A stretch of DNA of 64,000 nt from Candidatus Latescibacterota bacterium (lineage in GTDB: Bacteria; Latescibacterota; CBDEFO01). This document shows, piece after piece, positions 39,604 to 49,123 of the stretch (the stretch's first letter is position 1; each line of letters starts with the position of its first letter). The translations under genes were made by a program, and so were the position numbers. The notes below the pieces were generated by a model that was given only the letters and a program-made list of their open reading frames with translations, was not told the origin of the DNA and did no database searches. The stretch lies in assembly GCA_965237525.1 (NCBI GenBank), contig CBDEFO010000008.1, forward strand, positions 1,760,001-1,824,000. The letters run 5' to 3'.

Positions 39604-39705
39604 TCTTAACTATAAGGGTCGCTTGCCATAGGTGGCAGCTACTTCTTAAGGAGTACAGAAACACCAACGCCAAGCCGTGCAGGATAGTTGCGCCCGTGGT
39701 TAGAT
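39604..39705 (-). other. attC-like site downstream of the short-chain dehydrogenase
   Basis: Minus strand ATCTAAC-CACGGGCGC...GCGACCC-TTATA-GTTAAGA. Confidence 0.55.
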
Positions 39706-39755
39706 ACAGCACAGAGTCAGGCAGTTTCTATTGCTGATATTCGATTAAATGCAGA

Positions 39756-40355
39756 TTATTCTGCATTCCAGACCGTGAGCACTTGACCTGTCGCATCACC
39801 TTCTACACTCTCAACGTATGCTGCGCCTGCTTCGTCCAGAGTCACCTTGCGGCTTCCTTTGGTTACGGGTCCTTCAACAATAAGTGCAGGGCTGACTGAA
39901 TTGATTCGTATCCCTCGGGGCATGACAGTGGATGCACTATATACGAAGGCATTGATCGCTCCGTTAACCGTCCCCGTCACACAACTTTCCGGGGTTGGGA
40001 ATTGGGTCAGGAAGCCTGTGGTTAATGTGAACGAACCACCGTCATTGATGTAGTCCTTGCCTATGAGAACCAGATTTACTTGCCCCATCAGCTTCCGTTT
40101 GATACCGATATAAAACTCTTCTTCACTCAACTGCTCAAACGGACCAAAGTGGCTGTCGTGTCCTCCAACTGTCGCTACAACCGCGTCAAACGAACCGACA
40201 GACTCATACATGTCCCGGATGGATTGATTATCCGTGTAGTCAACAGTCAGATCACCTCTGGTGTGTCCGACTTTAATCACCTCATGTCGGGGTAACAGAA
40301 GTTCTACAACTTTGCTACCGATGTAACCTGAAGCTCCTACAGCAACGATTTTCAT
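39756..40355 (-). CDS. Short-chain dehydrogenase (small SDR)
   Basis: GASGYIG, KLMGQVNLV and RGIRINSVSP. Confidence 0.88.
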   Translation of the reverse strand: MKIVAVGASGYIGSKVVELLLPRHEVIKVGHTRGDLTVDYTDNQSIRDMYESVGSFDAVVATVGGHDSHFGPFEQLSEEEFYIGIKRKLMGQVNLVLIGKDYINDGGSFTLTTGFLTQFPTPESCVTGTVNGAINAFVYSASTVMPRGIRINSVSPALIVEGPVTKGSRKVTLDEAGAAYVESVEGDATGQVLTVWNAE

Positions 40356-40427
40356 AAGTTTCCTCCTGAATTGTTAAAGTAACAAACCTTCGCCTGATCG
40401 CGATAAAAAAGCCAAGTCACATACCTA

Positions 40428-40569
40428 TCGCAACACTCAAGGTCACAGGGTGGGGAGCCTTTCTCTTTGGGAGAATGGCCACGGTTGCTTATAACTTATT
40501 ATCAGTCACGAACCCACGTAGTGTGCTTGCGAAGGATGAACGGCCAGAGCCGTGACCCAGGTGTTAGGG
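40428..40569 (-). other. attC-like site downstream of the HAD gene
   Basis: Minus strand CCCTAAC-ACCT-GGGTCACGG...CCTGTGACCT-TGAGT-GTTGCGA. Confidence 0.6.
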
Positions 40570-40583
40570 GCTTTTGCTCCTCT

Positions 40584-41255
40584 TTATGGCACTGTTAGAG
40601 ACTCGACCTGCGCTATTAAATCATGTAAAGGTAGATCGGCCAGAGAGCTCAATTGAAGATCAGCTTCTTCTATAGAAAGGTGCTTGGTTATAGAATTAGG
40701 CACGGACACGCAAAAGATTCCAGCGCTTTTAGCGGCTCGTATACCGTTCGGGGAATCTTCAAGCACTATCGCTTCGTCAGCAGCGACAGCCAACGTCCCA
40801 AGGGCAAGCGTATAAAGCGCAGGATGTGGTTTCGTTTCGGTTACATCATCCCGGGTCTTTATGTCATCAAAGTAGTGCAGAAGATCTAAACGGGCTAAAT
40901 GAGGGATAACCCAATTTCTGGGAGAACTGGAAGCTAAACCAATCTTCAGGTTCAGCCGTCTGGCATCTTGCAGATAGCCTTCCACACCGGGTAATGTATG
41001 CTGACCCTGTATTAGCTCTTGATTGCGTAATCGGAGTTTTGCTTGAATATCTTCCCGATCAATGGACGCACTCAACTGATCTTGTAAATTCTGGTAGGGA
41101 TCGAATGAAGAGGATGCTGTTCCAATACAAACAGACCAAGTAGACAATGAAAGCTTACAATCGAATTCTTGATATATTTCTTGCCACGATTGGAATACTG
41201 GAAGCTCGGTATCTAAAATAAGACCATCAAAATCGAATATCAGTGCTCTGATCAT
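40584..41255 (-). CDS. HAD-family phosphatase
   Basis: FDFDGLILDT, LASSS, KPHP and LEDSPNG. Confidence 0.92.
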   Translation of the reverse strand: MIRALIFDFDGLILDTELPVFQSWQEIYQEFDCKLSLSTWSVCIGTASSSFDPYQNLQDQLSASIDREDIQAKLRLRNQELIQGQHTLPGVEGYLQDARRLNLKIGLASSSPRNWVIPHLARLDLLHYFDDIKTRDDVTETKPHPALYTLALGTLAVAADEAIVLEDSPNGIRAAKSAGIFCVSVPNSITKHLSIEEADLQLSSLADLPLHDLIAQVESLTVP

Positions 41256-41392
41256 TTCTTTATCCCTCACCCAATGGGTGCTAATTCGTTCATGGGTGAA
41301 CTATTTCTCATATCTTTCTATTTCGGTGTGATATTCGAACTTCGGATATATATCTTTGTGGCTGAAAAAGTAACATCGCTCTGTTCTCCCCC

Positions 41393-41935
41393 TCATCTTT
41401 GAGCCTTCTGCTTTTTCGATAAGCTATCAATGATCTGGTCAGCTTTCCTGCCAGGGGAAGTTTCGTCGTTAGATTCTACTATAATGTCCGCCATCCTGTA
41501 GAACTTCTCTCTCTGTTCCAGCATCCGCCTTATCTTGTCCAGCTTTCCCTTTTCATCCAGTCCAGATAGCAGAGGTCGGTGATCGTGATCCCTTACTCTC
41601 TCTACAATCGTCTCCGGTGAAGAAGACAGATAGACGCATATCCCTGACTTTGAGATCGTGTCTCTATTCCTCTGGTGAACAATAGCTCCGCCGCCCAGAG
41701 AGACGATAGCTCCCGAAAGAGAACACGCCTTCTTCACGCAATAGTGCTCCACATCTCTGAAGTAGGCCTCGCCGTCCTCTTCAAAGATCTCGGGAATTGT
41801 CCTTTTCTCCATCTCCTTGATCATATCGTCTGTGTCCAGGAGTTGCATCCCCAGTTTCTCGGAAAGAGCATGGCCGACCTTGGTCTTACCCGCACCCATA
41901 AACCCCGTTAGAAATATATTCTGCCCTTTACACAT
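41393..41935 (-). CDS. aroK: Shikimate kinase
   Basis: [18 protein letters not shown] and RPLL; overlaps the aroC stop. Confidence 0.95.
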   Translation of the reverse strand: MCKGQNIFLTGFMGAGKTKVGHALSEKLGMQLLDTDDMIKEMEKRTIPEIFEEDGEAYFRDVEHYCVKKACSLSGAIVSLGGGAIVHQRNRDTISKSGICVYLSSSPETIVERVRDHDHRPLLSGLDEKGKLDKIRRMLEQREKFYRMADIIVESNDETSPGRKADQIIDSLSKKQKAQR

Positions 41936-43103
41936 TGTAGCTCTGGACATAAGCTTCGTAGTTGTGTCGGACCTCCTGCATGCTGTCCCCGCCGAACTTC
42001 TCCAGAAAGGCGTCCGCAAGCACAAAGGCGACTACTGCCTCGCCGATAACAGACGCCGCCGGGACGGCGCATACGTCGCTCCTTTCTACGTGAGCTAAGA
42101 CTTTCTCCTTTGTCTCCATGTTTACGGATTCAAGCGGCCTCATTAAGGTGGAAATGGGCTTCTTAGCCACTCTGACGACCAGCGGCTCTCCGTTTGTCAT
42201 CCCGCCCTCCAGGCCCCCTGCGTTGTTCGACTTCCTGTAGTAGCCCTTCGCAGTATTCGTACCACCATGGCCGTAGGCTATCTCATCGTGCACCTGTGAT
42301 CCCTTCCTGCGCGCGCAGTCGAAGCCCAAGCCTATCTCCACTCCCTTCATAGCCTGAATACTCATCAGCGCCTGAGCCAGTCTTCCATCCAGTTTCCTGT
42401 CCCAGTGAACGTGACTTCCCAGTCCTACAGGGAGTCCTGTTGCAACCACCTCGAAAATTCCCCCTGCGGAATCCCCCGCATTTTTAGCTTCATCAATCTT
42501 TTCTATCATCTTCTTTTCAATCTCGGGGTCTACGCATCTGACCGGAGACTTATCTATCTTTTCGTTGGAAAGCTCTTTTAAAGCTTCAATGCTGAGTCTA
42601 TCTCCCTCCACACCTCCGATACAGGTCACGTGGCTCTTGATCTCTATGCCGAACTCCTCCAACAGCTTCCTTGCGATAGCCCCTATGGATACCCTCGTGG
42701 CCGTCTCCCTTGCGCTAGACCTTTCCAGCACATTCCTTATATCCACATGTCCGTATTTGATAGACCCTGCCAGGTCGGCGTGGCCGGGCCTCGGTATCTG
42801 AACAGGATTTACGTTTTCTCCACTTCCCTCAACGCTCATCCTTTCTGTCCAGTTTTCCCAATCCTTATTCTCTATCAAAAGGGCGATAGGCCCTCCCAAG
42901 GTCTTCCCGAATCTCACACCCGAAAGTATCTTCGCCCTGTCGGATTCTATCTTCATCCTCCGGCCGCGTCCGTAGCCCTGTTGTCTCCTCCAGAGTTGAT
43001 GCGCAATATAATCCTCACTTATCTCAAGCCCTGAGGGCATGCCCTCCAGGATGCCTATCAGACCCTGACCGTGAGATTCTCCTGCTGTAAGGTGGCGAAG
43101 CAT
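41928..43103 (-). CDS. aroC: Chorismate synthase
   Basis: TAGESHG, PRPGHAD, RSSARET and ERSDVC. Confidence 0.97.
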   Translation of the reverse strand: MLRHLTAGESHGQGLIGILEGMPSGLEISEDYIAHQLWRRQQGYGRGRRMKIESDRAKILSGVRFGKTLGGPIALLIENKDWENWTERMSVEGSGENVNPVQIPRPGHADLAGSIKYGHVDIRNVLERSSARETATRVSIGAIARKLLEEFGIEIKSHVTCIGGVEGDRLSIEALKELSNEKIDKSPVRCVDPEIEKKMIEKIDEAKNAGDSAGGIFEVVATGLPVGLGSHVHWDRKLDGRLAQALMSIQAMKGVEIGLGFDCARRKGSQVHDEIAYGHGGTNTAKGYYRKSNNAGGLEGGMTNGEPLVVRVAKKPISTLMRPLESVNMETKEKVLAHVERSDVCAVPAASVIGEAVVAFVLADAFLEKFGGDSMQEVRHNYEAYVQSYNV

Positions 43104-43220
43104 GTACTGCTCCTTCCTGATAAACAAGCAGACAGCAAAAGTAAGTAGAGGCGAACCCATGTGTTCGCCCGATTCATCCGTGTTTTCAGGGCAGACACAC
43201 GGGTCTGCCCTTACAAACTT

Positions 43221-44921
43221 CTACATTCTCTCCGGTTTCTTCATCCCCAGGAGCCCTAAGGCGCTCCCTATGACGACCTTTGCAGAATACACAAGAGCGA
43301 TTCTGGCCTTTGTCAACTTTGCGTCGTCGCCTAAAACTCTGCAACTGTTGTAAAACTTATTCGCTGCCGTAGCCACATCTGTGAGGTGTCCGGCGACTAT
43401 AGACGGCTCATACGCCTCGGCGGCGGCCATCACGGTCTGAGGAAATCTTTCCAGAAGCTTGATAAGGTCTGCTTCGGTCTCATGCGTCAAGAGCCCTGCC
43501 TCAACCTCCTTTTCCATCTCTTTGCCGTACTTCCTCAGTACACTGCACAGCCTTGCGTAGGTATACTGCATGTACGGCCCTGTCTCGCCGTCAAAGTTGA
43601 GCGCTCTATCCCAGTCGAAAACCACGTTTTTTGTCCTTCTGCTGGATAGATCTGCAAATATCACAGCTCCTATCCCCACATCCTTTGCCACGCTATCCTT
43701 GTCCTCAAGATCAGGGTTCTTCTCCTCTATTATCTCCCCTGTGAGCTCGACAGCGCCGTTCAGCACATCCTCCAAGAATACTACGTTTCCCCGTCGAGTG
43801 GAGATCTTGCCCTCCCTAAAGCTCATAATTCCGAACGGAACGTGGACGCACCTTTCTACCCAATCCATTCCCATCAACTCCAGGGCCTTGAACAGTTGCC
43901 TGAAGTGCAGGCTCTGCGCCACAGCTGTCGTATAGATCAGCTTATCGAAATTGTACTCCTTAAATCTGTACAATGCAGCGGCTAAGTCCCTGCTGTGATA
44001 TATGCTCGTCCCGTCGCTCTTCCTCAGGATAAGTGGAGGCATGTTATATTCGCTCAAATCCACTATCAGAGCTCCCTCGCTTTCGGTCGCAAGGCCCGCG
44101 TCCAGGGCCTTCTGGACTGCCTCATCTATCATTTCTACGTAGAAACTTTCGCCCGCATACGAGTCGAAGTCCACGTCCAGAGCCTGGTAAATCCTCTTAA
44201 ACTCCTTTAGACTCTCATCCCTGAACCATCTCCACAATTCTACTGCCTCATTGTCCCCCTGCTCAAGCCTTTGAGACCATTCATTAGCTTCTTTACCCAG
44301 AGAATCGTCCTTCTTTGCCTCCTCCTGAAATTTCACATAGAGCTTGAAAAGCTCTGCCATGGTCTCTTCTTCAACCTTTGCTTTATCCCCCCATCTTTTA
44401 TACGCAGCGATAATCTGGGTAAAATTAGTCCCCCAGTCCCCCAGATGATTCACTCCAATACAATTATAGCCCAAGAATTCGTATATCTTCTTTATGGAAT
44501 TCCCTATGGCTGTGGATCTCAGGTGTGCTATATGAAAGGGTTTCGCTATGTTGGGCGAGGAATAGTCTATCACCACAGTTTTGCCGAGACCCTCATCGCT
44601 CCTGCCGTAATCTTCTGCCTCGTTTAAGATCCTGTTTAAGACATACCGGGTAAGCTCCGTCTTGTCAACGAAGAAATTCAGATATGGCCCGGCGCTCTTG
44701 ATCTGGGTTACATATCTGATCCCCTTGACCTTTTCTGATAGCTCGTCCGCTATCTCTGTCGGATTCTTCTTAAACTCTTTTGCCAGTACAAAACACGGGA
44801 AGGCGTAATCGCCCATCTTCCCATCCGGAGGAACTTCTATTGCCCTTTGCACCTCACCTTTGTCGACACCTGCAGCATTACTTATAACCTCAGCTATTTC
44901 GTCGATAAACGGATTTACCAA
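43221..44921 (-). CDS. argS: Arginine--tRNA ligase
   Basis: DYSSPNIAKPFHIAH, NHLGDWG and GETGPYMQY. Confidence 0.96.
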   Translation of the reverse strand: MVNPFIDEIAEVISNAAGVDKGEVQRAIEVPPDGKMGDYAFPCFVLAKEFKKNPTEIADELSEKVKGIRYVTQIKSAGPYLNFFVDKTELTRYVLNRILNEAEDYGRSDEGLGKTVVIDYSSPNIAKPFHIAHLRSTAIGNSIKKIYEFLGYNCIGVNHLGDWGTNFTQIIAAYKRWGDKAKVEEETMAELFKLYVKFQEEAKKDDSLGKEANEWSQRLEQGDNEAVELWRWFRDESLKEFKRIYQALDVDFDSYAGESFYVEMIDEAVQKALDAGLATESEGALIVDLSEYNMPPLILRKSDGTSIYHSRDLAAALYRFKEYNFDKLIYTTAVAQSLHFRQLFKALELMGMDWVERCVHVPFGIMSFREGKISTRRGNVVFLEDVLNGAVELTGEIIEEKNPDLEDKDSVAKDVGIGAVIFADLSSRRTKNVVFDWDRALNFDGETGPYMQYTYARLCSVLRKYGKEMEKEVEAGLLTHETEADLIKLLERFPQTVMAAAEAYEPSIVAGHLTDVATAANKFYNSCRVLGDDAKLTKARIALVYSAKVVIGSALGLLGMKKPERM

Positions 44922-44928
44922 GAATGTC

Positions 44929-45534
44929 TCACCTTTTCAAGTATTCAACCAGATCGTTTATTGAGATAATTCTGATACCATACCTGCCTGCAAAATGAAC
45001 TAATTCGTCTAATGTAGCCATACCTCCATCTTCATCCAGGATCTCGCTTATTACGGCCGCAGGATACAAACCGGCTCCAATAGATAGATCGACTGCCGCT
45101 TCGGTATGCCCCGGTCTTTTTAGTACGCCACCCTCTTCATACCTTAAAGGAAACATGTGACCCGGTCTTAGCAGGTCTTCCGGGGTCGTATCTGGATCTA
45201 AAACGGCCTTAATAGTCCTTGCTCTATCGTAAGCTGATATCCCTGTCGTTGTGCCCTTTTTTGCATCGATTGACACCGTAAATGCACATCTTGTTATCTC
45301 GGTATTGTCCTGGACCATTTGAGGAATCTTTAATTCATGAAGGCGTTTCCCCGTTATGGCCAGACAAAGGAGACCGCGGGCATATCTGAGCATGAAATTT
45401 ATCTTTTCCGGAGTGGCCTTCTCTGCCGCTATTACCAAGTCACCTTCATTTTCTCGCTTTTCATCATCTACTACTATGACGAATTTCCCCGCTTTGATGT
45501 CTTCTATTGCTTCGTTGATAGTCCAAAATGACAT
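44929..45534 (-). CDS. ribB: 3,4-dihydroxy-2-butanone 4-phosphate synthase
   Basis: DDEKRENEGD, TGISAYDR, RPGH and GHTEA. Confidence 0.95.
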   Translation of the reverse strand: MSFWTINEAIEDIKAGKFVIVVDDEKRENEGDLVIAAEKATPEKINFMLRYARGLLCLAITGKRLHELKIPQMVQDNTEITRCAFTVSIDAKKGTTTGISAYDRARTIKAVLDPDTTPEDLLRPGHMFPLRYEEGGVLKRPGHTEAAVDLSIGAGLYPAAVISEILDEDGGMATLDELVHFAGRYGIRIISINDLVEYLKR

Positions 45535-45612
45535 TTGTCACCTTTAACTGATTCCTGGATACGCGGTATTTGCACAGGAGTGTGCTTTGAGATAAGGCAT
45601 TACACAGACTCC

Positions 45613-46320
45613 TTACTCCACCTTTACGCCGCAGTATAGGCTCACAATCCCGAACGTAAGGCGCTTTTCCTCCAAATCTTCGAATCCCGCCTGCTCCATA
45701 TAACGCAAGAATTCATCTCCCTGGGCAAATTGCGTCGTGGAATCGTAGAGGTAGCGATAGGCCTGCGTATCTCCTGAAACGAGGCCCCCTATAGTGGTAA
45801 GAACGTACTTAAAATACAAAAAATAGGCTGCCTTGAGAATTGGTATCGTCGGTCTTGAGAACTCTAACACCACAGACCTCCCGCTCGACCTTAAGACTCT
45901 GTAGATCTCCCCTAAACTCCTGTCTAGATCCACAACGTTCCTAACACCGAACCCCACTATCATCCCGTCGAAAGTGTCATTTCCAAAGGGCAGTTGCCCT
46001 GCGTCTGCGCAAACCAAAGAGAGTGTTTTTTCATATCCCCTTGTATGAAATTTCTCGGCGCACAGCTTCAGCATTTCTTGTGCGGCGTCCACGCCGACTA
46101 TATTCGTCAAAGTGCCCTTTCTTACGACTGCTAACCCCATATCTCCCGTCCCCGCGCACAGATCTAGAATTCTCTCTTTCTCTTTTATCTCTAATAGCTT
46201 TGCGGCAGAATTTCTCCAGTAAAGATCGAGGCCGAAGCTCAGCAATCTATTTAAAAGATCATAGGTCTTCGATATCCTCTCGAACATACCTGTGATGGAG
46301 TTCTGTTCTTCCCTTTTCAC
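45613..46320 (-). CDS. ubiE: UbiE/MenG-family methyltransferase
   Basis: YDLLNRLLSFG, LDLCAGTGD, FGVRNV and LEFS. Confidence 0.9.
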   Translation of the reverse strand: MKREEQNSITGMFERISKTYDLLNRLLSFGLDLYWRNSAAKLLEIKEKERILDLCAGTGDMGLAVVRKGTLTNIVGVDAAQEMLKLCAEKFHTRGYEKTLSLVCADAGQLPFGNDTFDGMIVGFGVRNVVDLDRSLGEIYRVLRSSGRSVVLEFSRPTIPILKAAYFLYFKYVLTTIGGLVSGDTQAYRYLYDSTTQFAQGDEFLRYMEQAGFEDLEEKRLTFGIVSLYCGVKVE

Positions 46321-47177
46321 TTAAATCGCTCTATAAGGCTTCTCTTCATCACGTCGGTCGGAGGTTCTATGCCCGTCCATATCTGGAAAGACCTTGCCCC
46401 CTGAAGGACCAGCATGTCCAGCCCGCCTATGACCTTGGCTCCTCGTGATTTGGCCTCGGACATCAGTTTCGTCTCCGGTGGGTTCGGCACAGAATCAAAG
46501 ACCACCAGGCGGCTGTGGAGACCTGAACCGTCACCGAGGGGATAGGCGTTCACATTAGGATGCATGCCCACAGAGGTCACATTGATTAACAACTCACAGT
46601 CTTTCAGTTCATCCTTTAGAACCTGGCTGTGTAGCACGTTGCTCCTTATCCCCTTTCCCCGATTGGAGAACTCATCTTTTAACTTTTCGGCCTTTTCGAC
46701 CGTTCGATTTAGTATCACAATCTCTTCGACCTCGTCCACTGTCGTCAGTCCATAGATGACAGCCCTTGCGGCTCCACCTGCCCCTAATACTACGACTTTA
46801 GGCGCAAAACAGCCTTTGCCCCCCTCTCTCCTCAAAGATTCAAGGAATCCGTAGACATCGGTATTATGGCCTGTAAGCTTCCCATCCGTGTTAGCTATAG
46901 TGTTAACCGCGCCTACAGCTTGGGCTTCCTGTGAAATCTCGTCCAGAAACTCCATAACTGCCACTTTATGAGGGATCGTTACATTGGTTCCGCCCATACC
47001 AAGGCCTCTTATCCCTCGTACAGTATCCTCAACGTTTTCTGGCAATACATCAAATGCGACGTAGCACCAGTCAATCGCCAAAGCCTCAATAGCCGCATTG
47101 TGCATAGCTGGAGAGAGCGAATGACTTATAGGGTGTCCGATGACGGCAAGGAGCCTGGTGTTGCTCGTAATCTTCAA
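46317..47177 (-). CDS. aroE: Shikimate dehydrogenase
   Basis: HSLSP, NVTIPHK, NTD and GAGGAA. Confidence 0.95.
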   Translation of the reverse strand: MKITSNTRLLAVIGHPISHSLSPAMHNAAIEALAIDWCYVAFDVLPENVEDTVRGIRGLGMGGTNVTIPHKVAVMEFLDEISQEAQAVGAVNTIANTDGKLTGHNTDVYGFLESLRREGGKGCFAPKVVVLGAGGAARAVIYGLTTVDEVEEIVILNRTVEKAEKLKDEFSNRGKGIRSNVLHSQVLKDELKDCELLINVTSVGMHPNVNAYPLGDGSGLHSRLVVFDSVPNPPETKLMSEAKSRGAKVIGGLDMLVLQGARSFQIWTGIEPPTDVMKRSLIERFK

Positions 47178-47182
47178 GAGCT

Positions 47183-47329
47183 TTACTGCCCTCCCAGGAG
47201 ATCGGCTATGAATTGATCTGCAATCTCAAAGCTCTCCCGCCACGAACACTTATAGGCGTACTTGATCAGCACTATTCCGCCCAGGAGGATAAACGCTATG
47301 AAGATTAGAAACTGAAAAAGAGCTCTCAT
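47183..47329 (-). CDS. 48-aa single-pass membrane protein (not in the ORF track)
   Basis: MRALFQFLIFIAFILLGGIVLIKYAYKCSWRESFEIADQFIADLLGGQ; AAGGAG RBS; fills the aroA-aroE gap. Confidence 0.7.
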   Translation of the reverse strand: MRALFQFLIFIAFILLGGIVLIKYAYKCSWRESFEIADQFIADLLGGQ

Positions 47330-47331
47330 CG

Positions 47332-48633
47332 TCAGTTCTCCTTCAAAGAGTCCAAAATGTCAAAAAACCCCGGAAAAGATATGTCCACCCACTCTGTTCC
47401 CTGAATTATCGTCTCACCTTCGGATACCAATCCTGCAACAGCGAACGCCATGGCCGTTCTGTGATCTTCGAAGCTATCTATCCTTGTCCCCTGAAGCCTT
47501 CTGCCTCCCTCAATTATAAAGCCGTCCTGAAGTTCCCCCACCTTTGCCTCCATTCTCCTCAAATTATCGACCAGGGCCGTTATCCGGTCTGTTTCCTTCT
47601 TCCTCAGCTCTTCGGCGTCTCTGACCAAGAATTCCCCCGTTGCCTGCGTTGCAGCCACAGCCAATATGGGGATCTCATCGATCAGCGTCGGAACAATATC
47701 TCCACCTATTTTTGTCTTTTTCAACTCCGAACCTCTCACCACGATGTCTCCTACGAGTTCGCCTCCACTTTGGTACTCATTTTCAACGGATATGCTCGCC
47801 CCCATTCTCCTTAAGATGTCCAATATGCCTCGCCTTGTGGGATTCAGTCCCACGTCTTTGATCACAACCTCGGAATTAGGCACAATTGCCGCTGCTACTA
47901 TGAAAAACGCCGCCGCCGAAATATCACCCGGAACGATACTATCGATCGCATCTAACTGGGCACCTCCCTCGACCGACACCTCGTATCCCTTTCTATCCTT
48001 CAGCCTTACTGTCCCAACGTTCGCTCCTGCAGACCTCAACATCCTTTCTGTATGATCCCTCGTCTTTGCTGTCTCGATGATTGAGGTGCTGCCATCGGTG
48101 TATAGTCCTGCCAAGAGGATGCACGACTTGACCTGCGCGCTTAAGACCGGCACCTCGTAGCGTATAGGCTCAAGGTCCCCCCCCGCGATCTTCAAGGGCG
48201 GATACTCGTCATCCAGGCCCGAAATCTGGGCACCCATCAACCTCAAGGGCTTCATAATCCTCCCCATCGGACGCCTATTTAATGACTCATCGCCTTTCAG
48301 ACAGCACTCAAAGCCCTGACCGGCTAATATCCCGGACAGAAGCCGCATCGTCGTCCCTGAGTTTTCGGCGTCCAGTTCGCCATCGGATCTCTTAAGCCCC
48401 CTAAGACCTGTGCCCTGAACGACTATCCCGTTATCGCTCATATCTACCTTTCCACCCAGTTCTCTTAGGCAGTTGACTGTGCTCTGGCAATCCCTGCCTG
48501 AAGGGAAATTCACTATCCTGCTTTTCCCCTTTGCGATGCCTCCAATCATCGCAGCACGATGCGAGATAGACTTATCCCCCGGAACTACAACTTCTCCTTT
48601 TAGGACTTTAGCCGGAGTTATCGTCCTTTCCAT
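47332..48633 (-). CDS. aroA: EPSP synthase
   Basis: PGDKSISHR, NSGTTMR, SAQVKS, KETDR and DHR. Confidence 0.97.
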   Translation of the reverse strand: MERTITPAKVLKGEVVVPGDKSISHRAAMIGGIAKGKSRIVNFPSGRDCQSTVNCLRELGGKVDMSDNGIVVQGTGLRGLKRSDGELDAENSGTTMRLLSGILAGQGFECCLKGDESLNRRPMGRIMKPLRLMGAQISGLDDEYPPLKIAGGDLEPIRYEVPVLSAQVKSCILLAGLYTDGSTSIIETAKTRDHTERMLRSAGANVGTVRLKDRKGYEVSVEGGAQLDAIDSIVPGDISAAAFFIVAAAIVPNSEVVIKDVGLNPTRRGILDILRRMGASISVENEYQSGGELVGDIVVRGSELKKTKIGGDIVPTLIDEIPILAVAATQATGEFLVRDAEELRKKETDRITALVDNLRRMEAKVGELQDGFIIEGGRRLQGTRIDSFEDHRTAMAFAVAGLVSEGETIIQGTEWVDISFPGFFDILDSLKEN

Positions 48634-48755
48634 AGATGCCCTGTTCTTTCAAATAGCGTTCCATTCGACTCAAAAACTCTTCAGCATGGGCGAGTAGACC
48701 TCGCCCCTACTTCATTCCAGTACGCCCGAATTGCCTCTAATTGTTCCTCTTCCAT
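48608..48755 (-). pseudogene. Internally deleted HEPN-like gene with a REP hairpin at the junction
   Basis: MEEEQLEAIRAYWNE overlapping the MNT end, REP at 48688-48710, then AEEFLSRMERYLKEQG in another frame. Confidence 0.55.
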
Positions 48756-49123
48756 ATCCTTTTTCCCTCTACCTGAACGTTGTGTATGAAAGGATAGAAG
48801 CTCAACTTGTCCTCAGGAATATGTGAAGAGGGTATGATTTGAACGGATATAATGAATCTGAAGTCATACTTATCCTGGAGGTCGTACGCTATATCTCTTA
48901 GACTCTCCAGCAACTCCCGATCCTCAGAGGGAACAGCAACCAGAATATCAATATCCGATTCGGACGTGGAATCTTCTCTTGCCTTGGAGCCGTAGAGCCA
49001 TATAGAGTCGATCCTATCTTCAAATTTCCCTACAACTTTCCCCACATATGTATCTATAATTACTCTTTCCTCATTCGACAGGCTCGTTATTGTCTCCAAA
49101 CTATCTTTGCGATCTTCTATCAT
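48737..49123 (-). CDS. Minimal nucleotidyltransferase (MNT antitoxin-like)
   Basis: LYGSKARED...SDIDILV motif; ATG 49123 behind AGGAGG. Confidence 0.85.
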   Translation of the reverse strand: MIEDRKDSLETITSLSNEERVIIDTYVGKVVGKFEDRIDSIWLYGSKAREDSTSESDIDILVAVPSEDRELLESLRDIAYDLQDKYDFRFIISVQIIPSSHIPEDKLSFYPFIHNVQVEGKRIWKRNN

